DNA from: a virus
Taxonomy: Duplodnaviria > Caudoviricetes
Reading direction: 5' to 3' (one strand)
IMG/VR virus record: IMGVR_UViG_2643221578_000002
Coordinates: 1-64,000 of that record
Length of the DNA: 64,000 bases
Within the stretch, counting starts at the first letter, position 1. Every line of letters begins with the position of its first letter. Shown here in pieces: positions 54,335-64,000 of the stretch. Both the position numbers and the translations under genes were made by a program. The notes beneath the pieces are model-generated. The model did no database searches, was not told the origin of the DNA, and saw only the letters and a list, made by a program, of their open reading frames with translations.

Positions 54335-56102
54335 GCGAGTAGCCGAGCGGCGTGATGACGGGGCTGCTGACGTCATCAGGTACTACGAGGACCGCCTGCA
54401 CAGGGCGGCTGATGTGGTGCAGCTGGAGTGGGAGCCGAAGCTGATCGGGCCGACATGGCAACGACAGCCGGACGGTTCCTGGTTGCTTCCGGAACGGACG
54501 CTCGGTTGGCACGCGCTGGGATGGACGGGCCAGTGGTTGCAGCACTCGCGTGGCGTGCCGTGGCGGTTCACTGACGAGCAGGCTCGATTTGTCCTGTGGT
54601 GGTACGCCCTGGCGGAGGATGGCTCCTTCTTGTTCCGCGATGGGGTCCTCCAGCGCCTGAAGGGCTGGGGGAAGGACCCGGTTGGTGCGTGCCTTTGTGG
54701 GATTGAGGCGTTCGGGCCGTGCCGGTTCGCCGAGTGGGCTGACGACGGTTCGCCGGTGGCAACGGACAGCCCGGAGGCTTGGTGTCAGACGGCCGCGGTG
54801 AGCCTTGAGCAGACGAAGAACACGATGCGGCTCTTCCCTTCCTTGTTCACGGCTGAGGCCAAGGAGGAGTACCGGATTCAGGTCGGTAAGGAGACGGTCA
54901 ACGGGCTGGGGGACTCTCGCCTCATCCAGGCGGTGACGTCTTCTCCGGCGACGTTGGAGGGCGCGCGTGCCACGTTCGTTCTGCTGAACGAGACCCATCA
55001 CTGGGACTCTTCGAACTCCGGGCTCGACATGGCGGACGTGATCGAGCGCAATGCCACGAAGTCTGCTGATGGCGCGGCACGGACGCTGCGCATCACAAAC
55101 GCCTATGAGCCAGGCCAGGACTCGGTGGCCGAACGGGACCGGGAGGCCTTCGAGGCCGTGGATGCGGGCAGAGTCATTGACTCCGGTCTGCTGTACGACT
55201 CGATCGAGGCGCACCCTGAGGCTCCGTTGACGGTGGAGGCGGCCCCTGCGGTGATCCGGTCGGTCCGCGGGGATGCCACGTGGCTGAACGTGGACCGGAT
55301 CGTGAAGTCGATCTCGGACGTGCGGAACCCGCCGAGCCGTTCGCGGCGCTTTTGGTACAACATGATCGTTGCTGCTGAGGACGCTTGGATGGCGCCTTAC
55401 GAGTGGGACGCATGCAAGGCCGACGGCCTCGATGTCTCGGAGAGCGAGGACGTTGTCCTGTTCTTCGACGGATCGAAGTCCGATGACGCCACCGCCTTGG
55501 TGGGATGCCGCATGTCGGACGGGCACATCTTCACGCTGGGCGTGTGGCAGCGCCCCGCCGGCTGGGATCCAGAGGTCCCTTGGCAGGTCCCTCGGGAGGA
55601 CGTCGACGGTGTAGTTGGCCGCGCGTTCGCCCTCTACAAGGTGTTGGCGTTCTTCTGTGACCCGGGGTCCGGAAAGGACGACGACGGCGAGCGCTACTGG
55701 GACCCGTTCCTAGACGACTGGGGTCAGCGGCACGGGACGAAGCTCATCCTCCATGCGGTCACCGCAGGTCCGAAGCAGCACGCCGTTCGCTGGGACATGG
55801 GCGACCGAAGGCACCAGGAGGAGTTCACGGACGCAGTGACCCGCACGAGGGAAGACATTCTCGAACGCCGGCTGACTCACGACGGTCACAAGATCTTGCG
55901 GACGCACGTGGCAAACGCTCGCCGCCGGACGAATGCCTGGGGCATCACGATCGGCAAGGAGCACCGTGAATCCGCTCGGAAGATTGACCTCGCGATCTGC
56001 ATGGTGGGCGCTCGGATGTTGAGGCGTCGGCTTCTCAACAGCAAGCAGTACGGGAAACGGCCGAAGTCGCGCGGCAAGGGACGGGTGGTGGTGTTGCGAT
56101 GA
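54324..56102 (+). CDS. terL: terminase large subunit
   Basis: RLKGWGKDP (Walker A), LLNETHHW (Walker B), FDGSKSDDAT nuclease, KIDL. Confidence 0.93.
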   Translation: MARRRVAERRDDGAADVIRYYEDRLHRAADVVQLEWEPKLIGPTWQRQPDGSWLLPERTLGWHALGWTGQWLQHSRGVPWRFTDEQARFVLWWYALAEDGSFLFRDGVLQRLKGWGKDPVGACLCGIEAFGPCRFAEWADDGSPVATDSPEAWCQTAAVSLEQTKNTMRLFPSLFTAEAKEEYRIQVGKETVNGLGDSRLIQAVTSSPATLEGARATFVLLNETHHWDSSNSGLDMADVIERNATKSADGAARTLRITNAYEPGQDSVAERDREAFEAVDAGRVIDSGLLYDSIEAHPEAPLTVEAAPAVIRSVRGDATWLNVDRIVKSISDVRNPPSRSRRFWYNMIVAAEDAWMAPYEWDACKADGLDVSESEDVVLFFDGSKSDDATALVGCRMSDGHIFTLGVWQRPAGWDPEVPWQVPREDVDGVVGRAFALYKVLAFFCDPGSGKDDDGERYWDPFLDDWGQRHGTKLILHAVTAGPKQHAVRWDMGDRRHQEEFTDAVTRTREDILERRLTHDGHKILRTHVANARRRTNAWGITIGKEHRESARKIDLAICMVGARMLRRRLLNSKQYGKRPKSRGKGRVVVLR

Positions 56103-57544
56103 CCGTCTCTATCCCCGAACTGCCGCTGGTGCATCTGTCGGATGACGAGATGGCGTTGATCAACGTTTTGCGTGCCGACATGCTGCGTGACCGTTGGACG
56201 CTGCAGTTGAGGGACGCGTATTTCAACGGGGAGCAGCTGATCCGTGACTTGGGCATCAGTATTCCGCCGCAGCTCAAGGGCTTGCACACGGTGATTGGCT
56301 GGCCCCGGGTTGGTGTGGAGTCTCTGGAGGAGCGCCTGGACCTGGAGGCGTTTCGGTGGGGTGACGGTTCCGACTCTTCGGAGCTGAAGGAGATTGTCAC
56401 GGCGAATGATCTCCTGGACGAGTCAAGCCTTGGGCACCTGGACGCCCTGGTCTATGGGCGCGAGTACGTCACCATCGGATCTGGTGATGATGACGGTTCC
56501 CCGCCGCTGATCAGCGTGGAGTCGCCGTTGGACATGACGCTGATGTGGGATGCCCGCATCCGGATGGGTGTTGCGGGGCTGCGCGAGTGTCAGTCGGATG
56601 AGCTGGTCGAGTCGGGTGCCGACGAGCGGATGATCGTCCTGTACCTGCCGAATCAGACGGTGACAGCGCTGCCGAATCCGTCGGGCGGCTGGGAGGTCGT
56701 CGACCGGGACGTTCACAACCTGGGTGTGGTGCCGATCGTCAGGTTGGCGAACCGGCAGCGAACGGCTGACCGCGTGGGCAAGTCGGAGATCACTCCGGAC
56801 GTCATGAGCATCACGGACGCGGCCTGCCGCCGGCTGATGGGCATTGAGGTGGCCGCCGAGTTTTTTGGGGCTCCGCAACGCTACATTTTGGGCGCCAGCG
56901 AGTCGGCGTTTCAGGATGCTGAGGGCAACGCGAAGTCGGCGTGGGAGACGTACATCGGCCGTGTCCTCGCGTTGGAGCGGGATGAGGATGGTGCGGTCCC
57001 GACGGTGGGCCAGTTCGCGGCCCATGACCCGTCTGGCCAGACGAAGATCATTGACCTGTATGCGCGGATCATGTCCAGCCAGTTCGGGCTGCCGCCGCAC
57101 ATGCTCGGCTACACCACGGACAACCCGGCGAGCGCGGACGCGATCCGCAGCACCGAGGCGAAGTTGGTGAAGCGCAGCGAGCGTCGTATCCGCCGCTTCG
57201 GTTCCCGTTGGGAGGAGGCCATGCGTCTCGCCCTGTGGGTGCGGGATGGTGAGCCGCCGGACAGGACCCGCCGTATTGAGACGGTGTGGCGGAATCCGGC
57301 GACGCCGACGGTGGCCGCGCAGGCGGACGCCACGGTCAAGCTCGTCCAGGCGAACATCATCCCCGCTGACTCTGATGTGGCTCTGGAGATGGCCGGGTTC
57401 ACCGAAGGCCAACGTCAGCGCATTCGTGCGGACCGCCAGCGCGCTCGTGGCACTGCGGTGCTGGAACGTTTGGCGGCGCTGGGCGAGGCCGATGACGCGG
57501 CGCGGTCTCCGGAGGTCGTTGATGGCGACGTTGGTCTCGGATGA
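56099..57544 (+). CDS. portal protein (SPP1 gp6-like)
   Basis: position, 481 aa, G.SEI, PQRYILG, NPASADAIR motifs. Confidence 0.92.
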   Translation: MTVSIPELPLVHLSDDEMALINVLRADMLRDRWTLQLRDAYFNGEQLIRDLGISIPPQLKGLHTVIGWPRVGVESLEERLDLEAFRWGDGSDSSELKEIVTANDLLDESSLGHLDALVYGREYVTIGSGDDDGSPPLISVESPLDMTLMWDARIRMGVAGLRECQSDELVESGADERMIVLYLPNQTVTALPNPSGGWEVVDRDVHNLGVVPIVRLANRQRTADRVGKSEITPDVMSITDAACRRLMGIEVAAEFFGAPQRYILGASESAFQDAEGNAKSAWETYIGRVLALERDEDGAVPTVGQFAAHDPSGQTKIIDLYARIMSSQFGLPPHMLGYTTDNPASADAIRSTEAKLVKRSERRIRRFGSRWEEAMRLALWVRDGEPPDRTRRIETVWRNPATPTVAAQADATVKLVQANIIPADSDVALEMAGFTEGQRQRIRADRQRARGTAVLERLAALGEADDAARSPEVVDGDVGLG

Positions 57545-58277
57545 CAGTGCGGGTGCCCGGCGGCAGCGGCAGGTGCAGCGCGGTTTGTCGCGGCTGCTGG
57601 TGCGGGATGTGCGCAAGCTCCGCCGCCTGATCATTCCGTCGCGGATGCAGGAGACGGTCCCGGACTGGATCGAGGCTGTGCGCGCCCTGGTTGGCGAATA
57701 CGGCGCTGCCTCGGCTTCGGCGGCGGCGGACTTCTATGAGGCGGAGCGGGTTGCCGCCCGGGTGACGGGCCGGTTCACGGTGCCGCTGCTGGATCCGCCG
57801 CCGGATGAGCAGGTCGACAACAGCCTGCGGTGGGCCACGAAGGACCTGTGGCCCCGCGACCCTGACGACCCCAAGACGACCGCCGCCCAGCGGGCCCCGT
57901 TGGAGGTCCGGCTGGAGGCGGCGGAGAAGAAGGCGGAGGGGGTTGCCCAGAAGCTGGTCACGGACCAGGGGAGGGGCGCTGTGCAGGCCGCGGTCCAGCA
58001 GGACCGTATGGCCGTCGGCTACGCCCGCGCCGCCGCGTTGGGGGCTTGCGCGTTCTGCCGGCTCCTGGCGGCCCGCGGCATGGTGTTCAAGCAGGACACC
58101 GCCGATTTCCGGGCTCACGACGGCTGTAACTGCGGCGTGATCCCGGTGTTTCGCGGGCAGCGTTTTGAGCTGTCCGCCCATGCGCAGGAGTGGGACCGGT
58201 TGTACCGCGAGTACGCGGCCCCATATCCGGGTGATCAGCTGCGCCGGTTCCGGCGCGCGATTGCCGAGCACGGCTAG
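57522..58277 (+). CDS. minor capsid / capsid maturation protein
   Basis: between portal and scaffold; ACAFCRLLA.RG...HDGCNC motif. Confidence 0.75.
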   Translation: MATLVSDDSAGARRQRQVQRGLSRLLVRDVRKLRRLIIPSRMQETVPDWIEAVRALVGEYGAASASAAADFYEAERVAARVTGRFTVPLLDPPPDEQVDNSLRWATKDLWPRDPDDPKTTAAQRAPLEVRLEAAEKKAEGVAQKLVTDQGRGAVQAAVQQDRMAVGYARAAALGACAFCRLLAARGMVFKQDTADFRAHDGCNCGVIPVFRGQRFELSAHAQEWDRLYREYAAPYPGDQLRRFRRAIAEHG

Positions 58278-58354
58278 TCCGCGCTCACTTCACATCCTGG
58301 TCGCCCTGGTGGCGGCCTTTCTCATTTCGACAGCCCCTGGAGGGCCGATTCGTC

Positions 58355-58984
58355 ATGCCTGAAGAGACCGAGAGCACCGAGCAGCAGCAGGCCGATACCG
58401 GCACCGAGGAGACCGTCGAGGAGACGGCGACCGAGGAGAGCGGCACCGAGTCCGCGGGCGACGCCCAGGAGGCAGAGGCCGAGGACAAGCCGTTCGACCG
58501 GAAGAAGTTCGAGGCGGAGCTGCGGAAGAAGAACAGCGAGGCCGCGAACCTCCGCAAGCGGCTCAAGGAGCAGGAGCCTCTGCTCGCCGAGCTGCGGAAG
58601 CGGAAGGACGCCGAGAAGTCCGACACGGACCGACTCAACGACCAGCTGACCGATGCCCAGGAGCAGATCACCAAGACGCGTCAGCGACTGGTGCGCTCCC
58701 AGGTGCAGGCCCTGGCGATGACGGGGTTCGCGGACCCGGAGGACGCGGTCGGCGCGCTGGATCTGAACTCGTACATCGACTCTGACGGCGACATCGACGA
58801 GGCGGCCATTAAGGCGGACCTCGACGCGCTCCTGGAGCGCAAGCCGCACTGGGCGAAGGCCCAGCCCCAGGAGGGCCCGCGGCGTCCCGCACCGGATCGC
58901 ACACAGGCGTCCGGCGCCAACAAGAGCAGGCCCCCCGCACCCGGCGATGAGTTTGCCGGCTGGCTGAAGCCGCAGCTCAAGTAG
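58355..58984 (+). CDS. scaffolding protein
   Basis: acidic N-terminus, coiled coil, upstream of capsid gene. Confidence 0.85.
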   Translation: MPEETESTEQQQADTGTEETVEETATEESGTESAGDAQEAEAEDKPFDRKKFEAELRKKNSEAANLRKRLKEQEPLLAELRKRKDAEKSDTDRLNDQLTDAQEQITKTRQRLVRSQVQALAMTGFADPEDAVGALDLNSYIDSDGDIDEAAIKADLDALLERKPHWAKAQPQEGPRRPAPDRTQASGANKSRPPAPGDEFAGWLKPQLK

Positions 58985-59004
58985 CTGCAGAGAAAGAGGA
59001 CACC

Positions 59005-59961
59005 ATGGCGGTCACCGCCCCCCTGAAGATTTCTGATGTCAACGATGCGCTTCTGCCGCGGACGCTGGCCGGGCCCATCTTCGAGAAGTCCGTCGAGCAG
59101 TCGGCGGTGATGGCGCTGGCGCGCCAGGCGCCGCTGGCTCTGGACGCGACGACGTCGGTCCCGATCCCGATGGACGTTCCGACCGCTGACTGGGTGGGGC
59201 AGGCGGCGCGGAAGCCCCTGTCGACCTCGTCCGTCGGCGTGAAGCAGATGACGGCGAAGAAGCTCGCCGTTCTCATCCCGGTCGCCGAAGAGGTCGTCAT
59301 GACCAACTCCGGCGGTCTGTGGACCCAGCTCCAGACGGACCTCCCGACGGCGTTCGCCCGCGCCTTCGACCACGCTGCGATCCACGGCAAGACGATGAAG
59401 GGCGCCACCGGCCCCTTTACCGACTACCTCGCCATGACCAGCAACGCGGTGGCGCTGGGTACGGCCACGCAGGCGCAGGGCGGGATCTGGGCGGACTTCG
59501 TCAACGGCATGGCCGAGGTCATCGACGAGGACTGGGACTACACCGGTACCGTCGCTGACCACCGGCTGAAGCCCAGTCTGCTGCTGGCGACGGACACCAC
59601 GGGCCGGCCGATCCTGGTCGACACGACGGTTCCGGGGACGCAGATGGCGTCGGCGGGCACCCTGATCGGTGAGCCGCTCGCGTACTCGCGCTCGGTCTCC
59701 GGCAAGCAGCGCCGCCAGTCGGCGAGCTCGGACACGGGTCTGCGTGCGATCGGCGGTGACTGGTCCCAGGCCGCCTACGGCGTGGGCATGGACATCACCG
59801 TGCGGATCTCCAAGGAGGCGACCTACGTCGACGAGGAGGGCGGCGTTCACTCGGCGTTCCAGGAGAACCTGGTTCTCCTCCTGGCGGAGGCGTACTACGG
59901 CTACGTGCAGGGTGACGCGGACGCGTTCGTGAAGTACACCGGCACTCCCTCGGGGTCCTGA
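59005..59961 (+). CDS. major capsid protein (HK97 fold)
   Basis: 318 aa; KKLAVLIPV.EE, D..GRPI, GDWSQ..YG, FQENLV; ends YTGTPSGS. Confidence 0.93.
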   Translation: MAVTAPLKISDVNDALLPRTLAGPIFEKSVEQSAVMALARQAPLALDATTSVPIPMDVPTADWVGQAARKPLSTSSVGVKQMTAKKLAVLIPVAEEVVMTNSGGLWTQLQTDLPTAFARAFDHAAIHGKTMKGATGPFTDYLAMTSNAVALGTATQAQGGIWADFVNGMAEVIDEDWDYTGTVADHRLKPSLLLATDTTGRPILVDTTVPGTQMASAGTLIGEPLAYSRSVSGKQRRQSASSDTGLRAIGGDWSQAAYGVGMDITVRISKEATYVDEEGGVHSAFQENLVLLLAEAYYGYVQGDADAFVKYTGTPSGS

Positions 59962-60992
59962 TGGCGGCCGTCCCGGCTTCCGCGCCGGGCGGGACGGCTA
60001 AGCCTCTCCGGATCGTGGCCAGGGTGCATGCGATGCCTCCGGAGCACAACGCGGGGGCCGAGCACATGCTCGTCTCGATGCTCCGCCCGCTGGTGGAGCG
60101 TGGCCACGATGTGTCCGTGTGGCTGTCCCGGTACGGGAAGGCTCACAAGGAGTACGAGTACCGGGGCATCAAGGTGGTGCCGCTGGAGTCGAGGCTCGAC
60201 TTCCCGACCGCGGTCCGCAGGGCCGATGTCCTCGTGTCGCATCTGGAGACGGTGCCGTCGACGGCATCCCTGGCCCGTGGGTACGGGGTGCCGTTGGTGG
60301 TGGTGTGCCACAACACTCACAGGCCGACGTTCCGTGACGCTGCTGCTGGCGGGACAGCCCTGGCCGTCTACAACAGCCAGTGGATGCAGGCGGAGGCGGA
60401 GCTCTTCTACGCGGAGTTCCCGAAGTCGGTCCGGCCGGCGTCCGAGCTGATCGTGCGTCCGCCGGTGTTCGCCGCCGAGTACGCGACGGAGCCCGGCAAG
60501 GCGATCACTCTGGTCAACTGCAACCCGGAGAAGGGCGGCAAGGTGCTGGCCGCGCTGGCCCGCCGGATGCCGGACCAGCAGTTCCTCGCCGTGAAGGGCG
60601 CCTACGGGGAGCAGATCCTCCCGGACCTGCCGAACGTCGAGATCGTCGACCACGTGCGTGGTGAGGGCATGCGGGAGCAGGTGTACGGCCGCACGAAGGT
60701 GCTGCTCATGCCGTCCTCCTACGAGTCGTGGGGTCGGGCCGGCGTCGAGGCGTTGGCGAGCGGTATCCCGGTGGTGGCTCACCCCACGCCGGGGCTGACG
60801 GAGTCGCTGGGCGAGGCCGGGGTTTTCGTGGACCGCGAGGATCTCGACGGATACGAGGCGGTCCTCCGGAAGTTGTTGACGGCCCCGGAGTATCGGCTGG
60901 CGTCGAAGCGGGCGAAGGCCCGGTCTGCCGAGTTGAATCCCGCCGCCGAGTTGGCGGAGTGGTGCACCGCGATCGAGGGCCTGGCCCGCTAG
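59961..60992 (+). CDS. GT-B fold (GT4-like) glycosyltransferase
   Basis: GAEHM, KGG, PSSYESWGRAGVEALASGIPVV (E-x7-E); TGATG-coupled to capsid gene. Confidence 0.9.
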   Translation: MAAVPASAPGGTAKPLRIVARVHAMPPEHNAGAEHMLVSMLRPLVERGHDVSVWLSRYGKAHKEYEYRGIKVVPLESRLDFPTAVRRADVLVSHLETVPSTASLARGYGVPLVVVCHNTHRPTFRDAAAGGTALAVYNSQWMQAEAELFYAEFPKSVRPASELIVRPPVFAAEYATEPGKAITLVNCNPEKGGKVLAALARRMPDQQFLAVKGAYGEQILPDLPNVEIVDHVRGEGMREQVYGRTKVLLMPSSYESWGRAGVEALASGIPVVAHPTPGLTESLGEAGVFVDREDLDGYEAVLRKLLTAPEYRLASKRAKARSAELNPAAELAEWCTAIEGLAR

Positions 60993-61001
60993 GAGGTCAC
61001 C

Positions 61002-61412
61002 GTGGCGTTCGTGTCCCCGACTGCTGAGCAGCTGGGCATGTACCTGGGCATGGCGGAGATCGACGGCGACAGGGCTGACCTACTGATTCAGCAGGCGGTG
61101 TCGCTGGCCGAGTCGGTGGTGAAGCCACTGCCCGATCAGGCGACCGCTGTCGTCCTGTCTGTGGCCGGCCGGGCCTACGTCAATCCGCAGCAGGTGTCTT
61201 ACGAGACGATCGGCCCGATGTCGGTGCAGCGACCCAGCGGAAGCGGGGGCCTGTACCTCACGAAGGCCGACAAGGCGGCGCTGAAGTCGCTCGCGGGCCG
61301 CGGCGGCGCGTTCACCGTGGATCCGACGCCGGCTTCGGCGGATCCGTCGCCGACGTGGCCGATCGATGACACCTTCTTCGGTGATGACGTCTTCGAGCCG
61401 GGGTGGTCGTGA
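61002..61412 (+). CDS. head-to-tail adaptor
   Basis: AGGAGG RBS; RAYVNP...ETIGP.S...GLYLT. Confidence 0.8.
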   Translation: MAFVSPTAEQLGMYLGMAEIDGDRADLLIQQAVSLAESVVKPLPDQATAVVLSVAGRAYVNPQQVSYETIGPMSVQRPSGSGGLYLTKADKAALKSLAGRGGAFTVDPTPASADPSPTWPIDDTFFGDDVFEPGWS

Positions 61413-61774
61413 TGCCTGCCCCATATCCGTATGGGGAGACGGTGCGGATCCTGCGTACCGGGACGTCTCCCGGTCGGGATCCTCGCGGCCAGCCGCTACC
61501 GGGGCCCGATGAGTCGTTTGACCTTCCGGGGTGCGTGGTTGCGCCTCGCGCTGAGACGCCGCAGGTCGGTGGAGATGAGCAGCAGGCCCGGGACACGGTG
61601 ATCGTCGGATACACGGTGTACGCCCCGCCGGGGAGTTCGGTCCGCACCACGGACCGGGTTCGGATCCGCGGCGAGACGTGCGAGGTCACCGGGTGGCCTG
61701 GCGACTGGGGGAAGTCCCCGTTCACCGGCACGGCCGGTCCGGTCCAGTTTGCTGCAGACCGCGTGACCGGCTAG
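61412..61774 (+). CDS. head-to-tail stopper
   Basis: position; DRVRIRG...EV.G. Confidence 0.75.
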   Translation: MPAPYPYGETVRILRTGTSPGRDPRGQPLPGPDESFDLPGCVVAPRAETPQVGGDEQQARDTVIVGYTVYAPPGSSVRTTDRVRIRGETCEVTGWPGDWGKSPFTGTAGPVQFAADRVTG

Positions 61775-61818
61775 TCCCTGGGGCCATGCCGCCGCCCCCT
61801 ATGCGAGTCGAGGTGGCC

Positions 61819-62157
61819 ATGATGCCTGCTCGTTTCAGGATGTCCAAGAAGGGTGTTGGGCAGCTGCTCAACTCTCCGATGGTTGCTTCCGAGATGCTGC
61901 GCCGGGCCGAGGTGATCAAGGGTGTTGCTGAGGCGATATCGCCTGTGGGTGGCCCCGGTGATCCGCATAGCGGTGCTTACAAGGAGTCGTGGCAGGCGGA
62001 CGTGAAGAAGAAGGCCGTGGGGCGATCACGGAAGCGGCGGCCGGTTGGCGTGGTGTCGAATCCCGTCCACTACGCCCGCTGGGTGGAGTACGGCACCGAG
62101 AAGGTCCGGGCGCACCACGTGCTGCTGAGGGCCGCTCAGGCTGGCGGTGGTCGCTGA
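61819..62157 (+). CDS. HK97 gp10-like tail completion protein
   Basis: SPV...G.Y..S...YARWVEYGT....H.L. Confidence 0.8.
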   Translation: MMPARFRMSKKGVGQLLNSPMVASEMLRRAEVIKGVAEAISPVGGPGDPHSGAYKESWQADVKKKAVGRSRKRRPVGVVSNPVHYARWVEYGTEKVRAHHVLLRAAQAGGGR

Positions 62158-62336
62158 TGGGCGCGACTGCGCATGTCGCCCCGCTTGACGATCTCATTGA
62201 GCACGATACGGGCGGCGATGAGCCGTCCTGTGTCTGTGGCCCGGAGGCTGTCCCGGTTGAGATCGGCTGGCTGGTCGTCTGGGTCTACGTGCATGCCACG
62301 CTCGACGGCCGCGAGTTCGCTGAGGAGGTTCCGTGA
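62157..62336 (+). CDS. small hypothetical protein
   Basis: DDLIEH...CVCGP...VHATLDGRE; coupled on both sides. Confidence 0.65.
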   Translation: MGATAHVAPLDDLIEHDTGGDEPSCVCGPEAVPVEIGWLVVWVYVHATLDGREFAEEVP

Positions 62337-62725
62337 CAGCGCTCCTCGACATCGAGGCGGAGCTGATCGGCAGAGCCACCCCGGTGTGGCCCACCGCCGT
62401 GGTCCGCGACGAGCTCGACAACAACCTCCTCGCCGAACTGCCGACGATCCAGTTCGAGCAGGTCCCCGGCGGGGGCGAAGACGGGCTACGGCTCGCCCGC
62501 GCCCTCGTCGACATGAACATCTACGCCAGCACCCGGGCCGGGGCGTTCGCCCTGGCCATCGAGGTACACAACTGGCTGACCCGCACAGTGCGAGGAAGCA
62601 CCAGCGCCACCGCGGTGATCGGCCGTGTCGGCTGCCTGACCCTGCCCGCCGTTCGCCCCTACGAGAACGTCGGTCTCCGCCGCGTCGGCGGCACCTACGA
62701 GATCTTCTTTCACCCGGTCTCCTGA
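62333..62725 (+). CDS. tail terminator
   Basis: position before the major tail gene; size. Confidence 0.75.
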   Translation: MTALLDIEAELIGRATPVWPTAVVRDELDNNLLAELPTIQFEQVPGGGEDGLRLARALVDMNIYASTRAGAFALAIEVHNWLTRTVRGSTSATAVIGRVGCLTLPAVRPYENVGLRRVGGTYEIFFHPVS

Positions 62726-62794
62726 CCGCTTCTTGGGCCCGCGCCGTGCCCTGTCCCGCCCGTGCGCGGGCTCTTCCATGTCTGGAGACTCATC

Positions 62795-63382
62795 ATGGTC
62801 AACATCACCCGCGCCGCTGACCTGGCGCTTGTCGGAGCGAACGGTGGGGGCTGGGTGTCGCCGGTGGATACGGCGGCCCCTGCTTCGCCGCTTGCTCAGC
62901 CGGCGTCTCCGTGGGAGCCGCTGGGGGCGATCTCGGACGACGGTCTGACCTACGGGTTCGACGAGGACAGTCAGACCTTCACTCCGTGGGGCCTCACGTC
63001 GCCGTTCCGCACGCAGATCACCCAGTCGATCCGGACGTTCAACCTGACGGTGTGGGAGACCAGCCGCGTCGCGGTGCAGTCGCTGCAGTACCGCCTGGAC
63101 CCGGCCGAGCTGGAGCCGGACGGTGAGGGCCTGACGAAGTACGCGGAGACCGCGTCCCCGGTCCCTGACCGGCGGGCGTTCTGGTTCCTCGTCATCGACG
63201 GCGACGCCTACAAGGGTTTCTACGTCCCCCAGGGTGAGATCAACGACCGCAGCGATGTCACGTTCAAGCAGGACGAGATGTCCGGCTACGAGTGGACGAT
63301 CACCACGTACCCCGACGCGGCCGGCAACACCGTCTACCACGTCGACAAGATCCCCGTGACACCTGAGTACACGGGCTCCTGA
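62795..63382 (+). CDS. major tail (tube) protein
   Basis: LGAISDDGL, YEWTITTYPD..G; ends EYTGS. Confidence 0.9.
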   Translation: MVNITRAADLALVGANGGGWVSPVDTAAPASPLAQPASPWEPLGAISDDGLTYGFDEDSQTFTPWGLTSPFRTQITQSIRTFNLTVWETSRVAVQSLQYRLDPAELEPDGEGLTKYAETASPVPDRRAFWFLVIDGDAYKGFYVPQGEINDRSDVTFKQDEMSGYEWTITTYPDAAGNTVYHVDKIPVTPEYTGS

Positions 63383-63474
63383 GCTGGGTGGGCGGGTCAT
63401 CACTGCTGGCGCGGGCCCGACCCGCCCACCCTTCATTCTTCTGCCCGCGCCACGATTTGAGGAGGCCCGCGCCG

Positions 63475-63888
63475 ATGGCCGCGAACAGCCGCACCACCGC
63501 CCGAAAGACCACTGCCCGACCCGCCCGTACTCCGCGCGAGCTCGCGCCGGCACCGCGGGAGGACGACTTCGACGACGCGACCCCTGCCGAGGCTCAGGAG
63601 ATCGAGGCTGAGGGGCACTTCGTGACGGCGATGCTCGCCGACGAGGAGATCCGCATCGTCCCGCCGGGGGCGTGGAGGCAGTCGTGGCAGACGGCGCTTT
63701 CCAACGCGAACTTCACGTTCTTCGCTGAGCAGGTCGTCCACCCGGACGACCTGGACCTGTACTTCGAGATCGACCCGACGAACGACGAGTTCGAAGCGTT
63801 CGTGGCGGAGGCTGCCCGGCGCGGTGGTGAGAGCCTGGGGAAATCGCGTGGACCCTCCGGGTCGTCGAGGCGCATGCGGAGGCAGTAG
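63475..63888 (+). CDS. tail assembly chaperone (short form)
   Basis: GAGGAGG RBS; follows the major tail gene; ends ESLGKS... Confidence 0.85.
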   Translation: MAANSRTTARKTTARPARTPRELAPAPREDDFDDATPAEAQEIEAEGHFVTAMLADEEIRIVPPGAWRQSWQTALSNANFTFFAEQVVHPDDLDLYFEIDPTNDEFEAFVAEAARRGGESLGKSRGPSGSSRRMRRQ

Positions 63889-64000
63889 AAGCCGACCTGT
63901 GGCGCTACTACCAGCGGGACCTGCTGGATGTGCACCGCGGGGACATGTCGTGGCGGCAGTTGCGGGTGCTGATCCAGCATCTGCCACCTGAGTCTGCCAC
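63837..64000 (+). other. programmed -1 frameshift site and start of the long chaperone frame (truncated by window end)
   Basis: GGGGAAA at 63837-63843; -1 frame stays open: EIAWTLRVVEAHAEAVEADLWRYYQRDL...LPPESA. Confidence 0.8.

Noticed and set aside
1-64000. tRNA, rRNA, IS transposase, reverse transcriptase, integrase, lysis genes
   Set aside because: None recognised by eye; integrase, tape measure and lysis genes probably lie outside the window

Overview
The whole 64 kb window is a high-GC actinobacterial temperate siphophage, most likely a Streptomyces prophage (host inferred from GC content, WhiB and TraB-like genes). It starts at the immunity region: cI-like repressor, cro and xis-like genes; any integrase would lie left of the window. 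It continues through the early, recombination and replication genes (RecE/RecT-like, WhiB, three DNA methyltransferases, replication initiator with iterons, DnaC-like loader, DnaB). A ~22 kb accessory region follows, then the late genes: HNH, terminases, portal, scaffold, major capsid, head-tail joining proteins, major tail protein and the frameshifted tail chaperone, cut at the right edge. Most notable: (1) a Streptomyces-type conjugation module (TraB-like FtsK ATPase, Spd-like membrane proteins, divergent Kor-like repressor with three operators, NUDIX pair) inside the phage. It is followed by a head-to-head array of eleven heptamers at exact 11-bp spacing, a candidate clt site. (2) A probable virion-glycosylation system: GT2, methyltransferase and NDP-sugar epimerase, plus a GT4 coupled to the capsid gene; capsid and tail tube both end in YTG..GS. 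(3) 14 GATC sites in 238 bp directly upstream of the terminase. (4) An HNH-SF2 helicase two-gene cassette. (5) An orphan Phd/YefM protein with TGTACA operators facing a cytosine methyltransferase. (6) Single genes bracketed by identical RBS-containing direct repeats. All product calls are by-eye motif recognition; no database searches were run.
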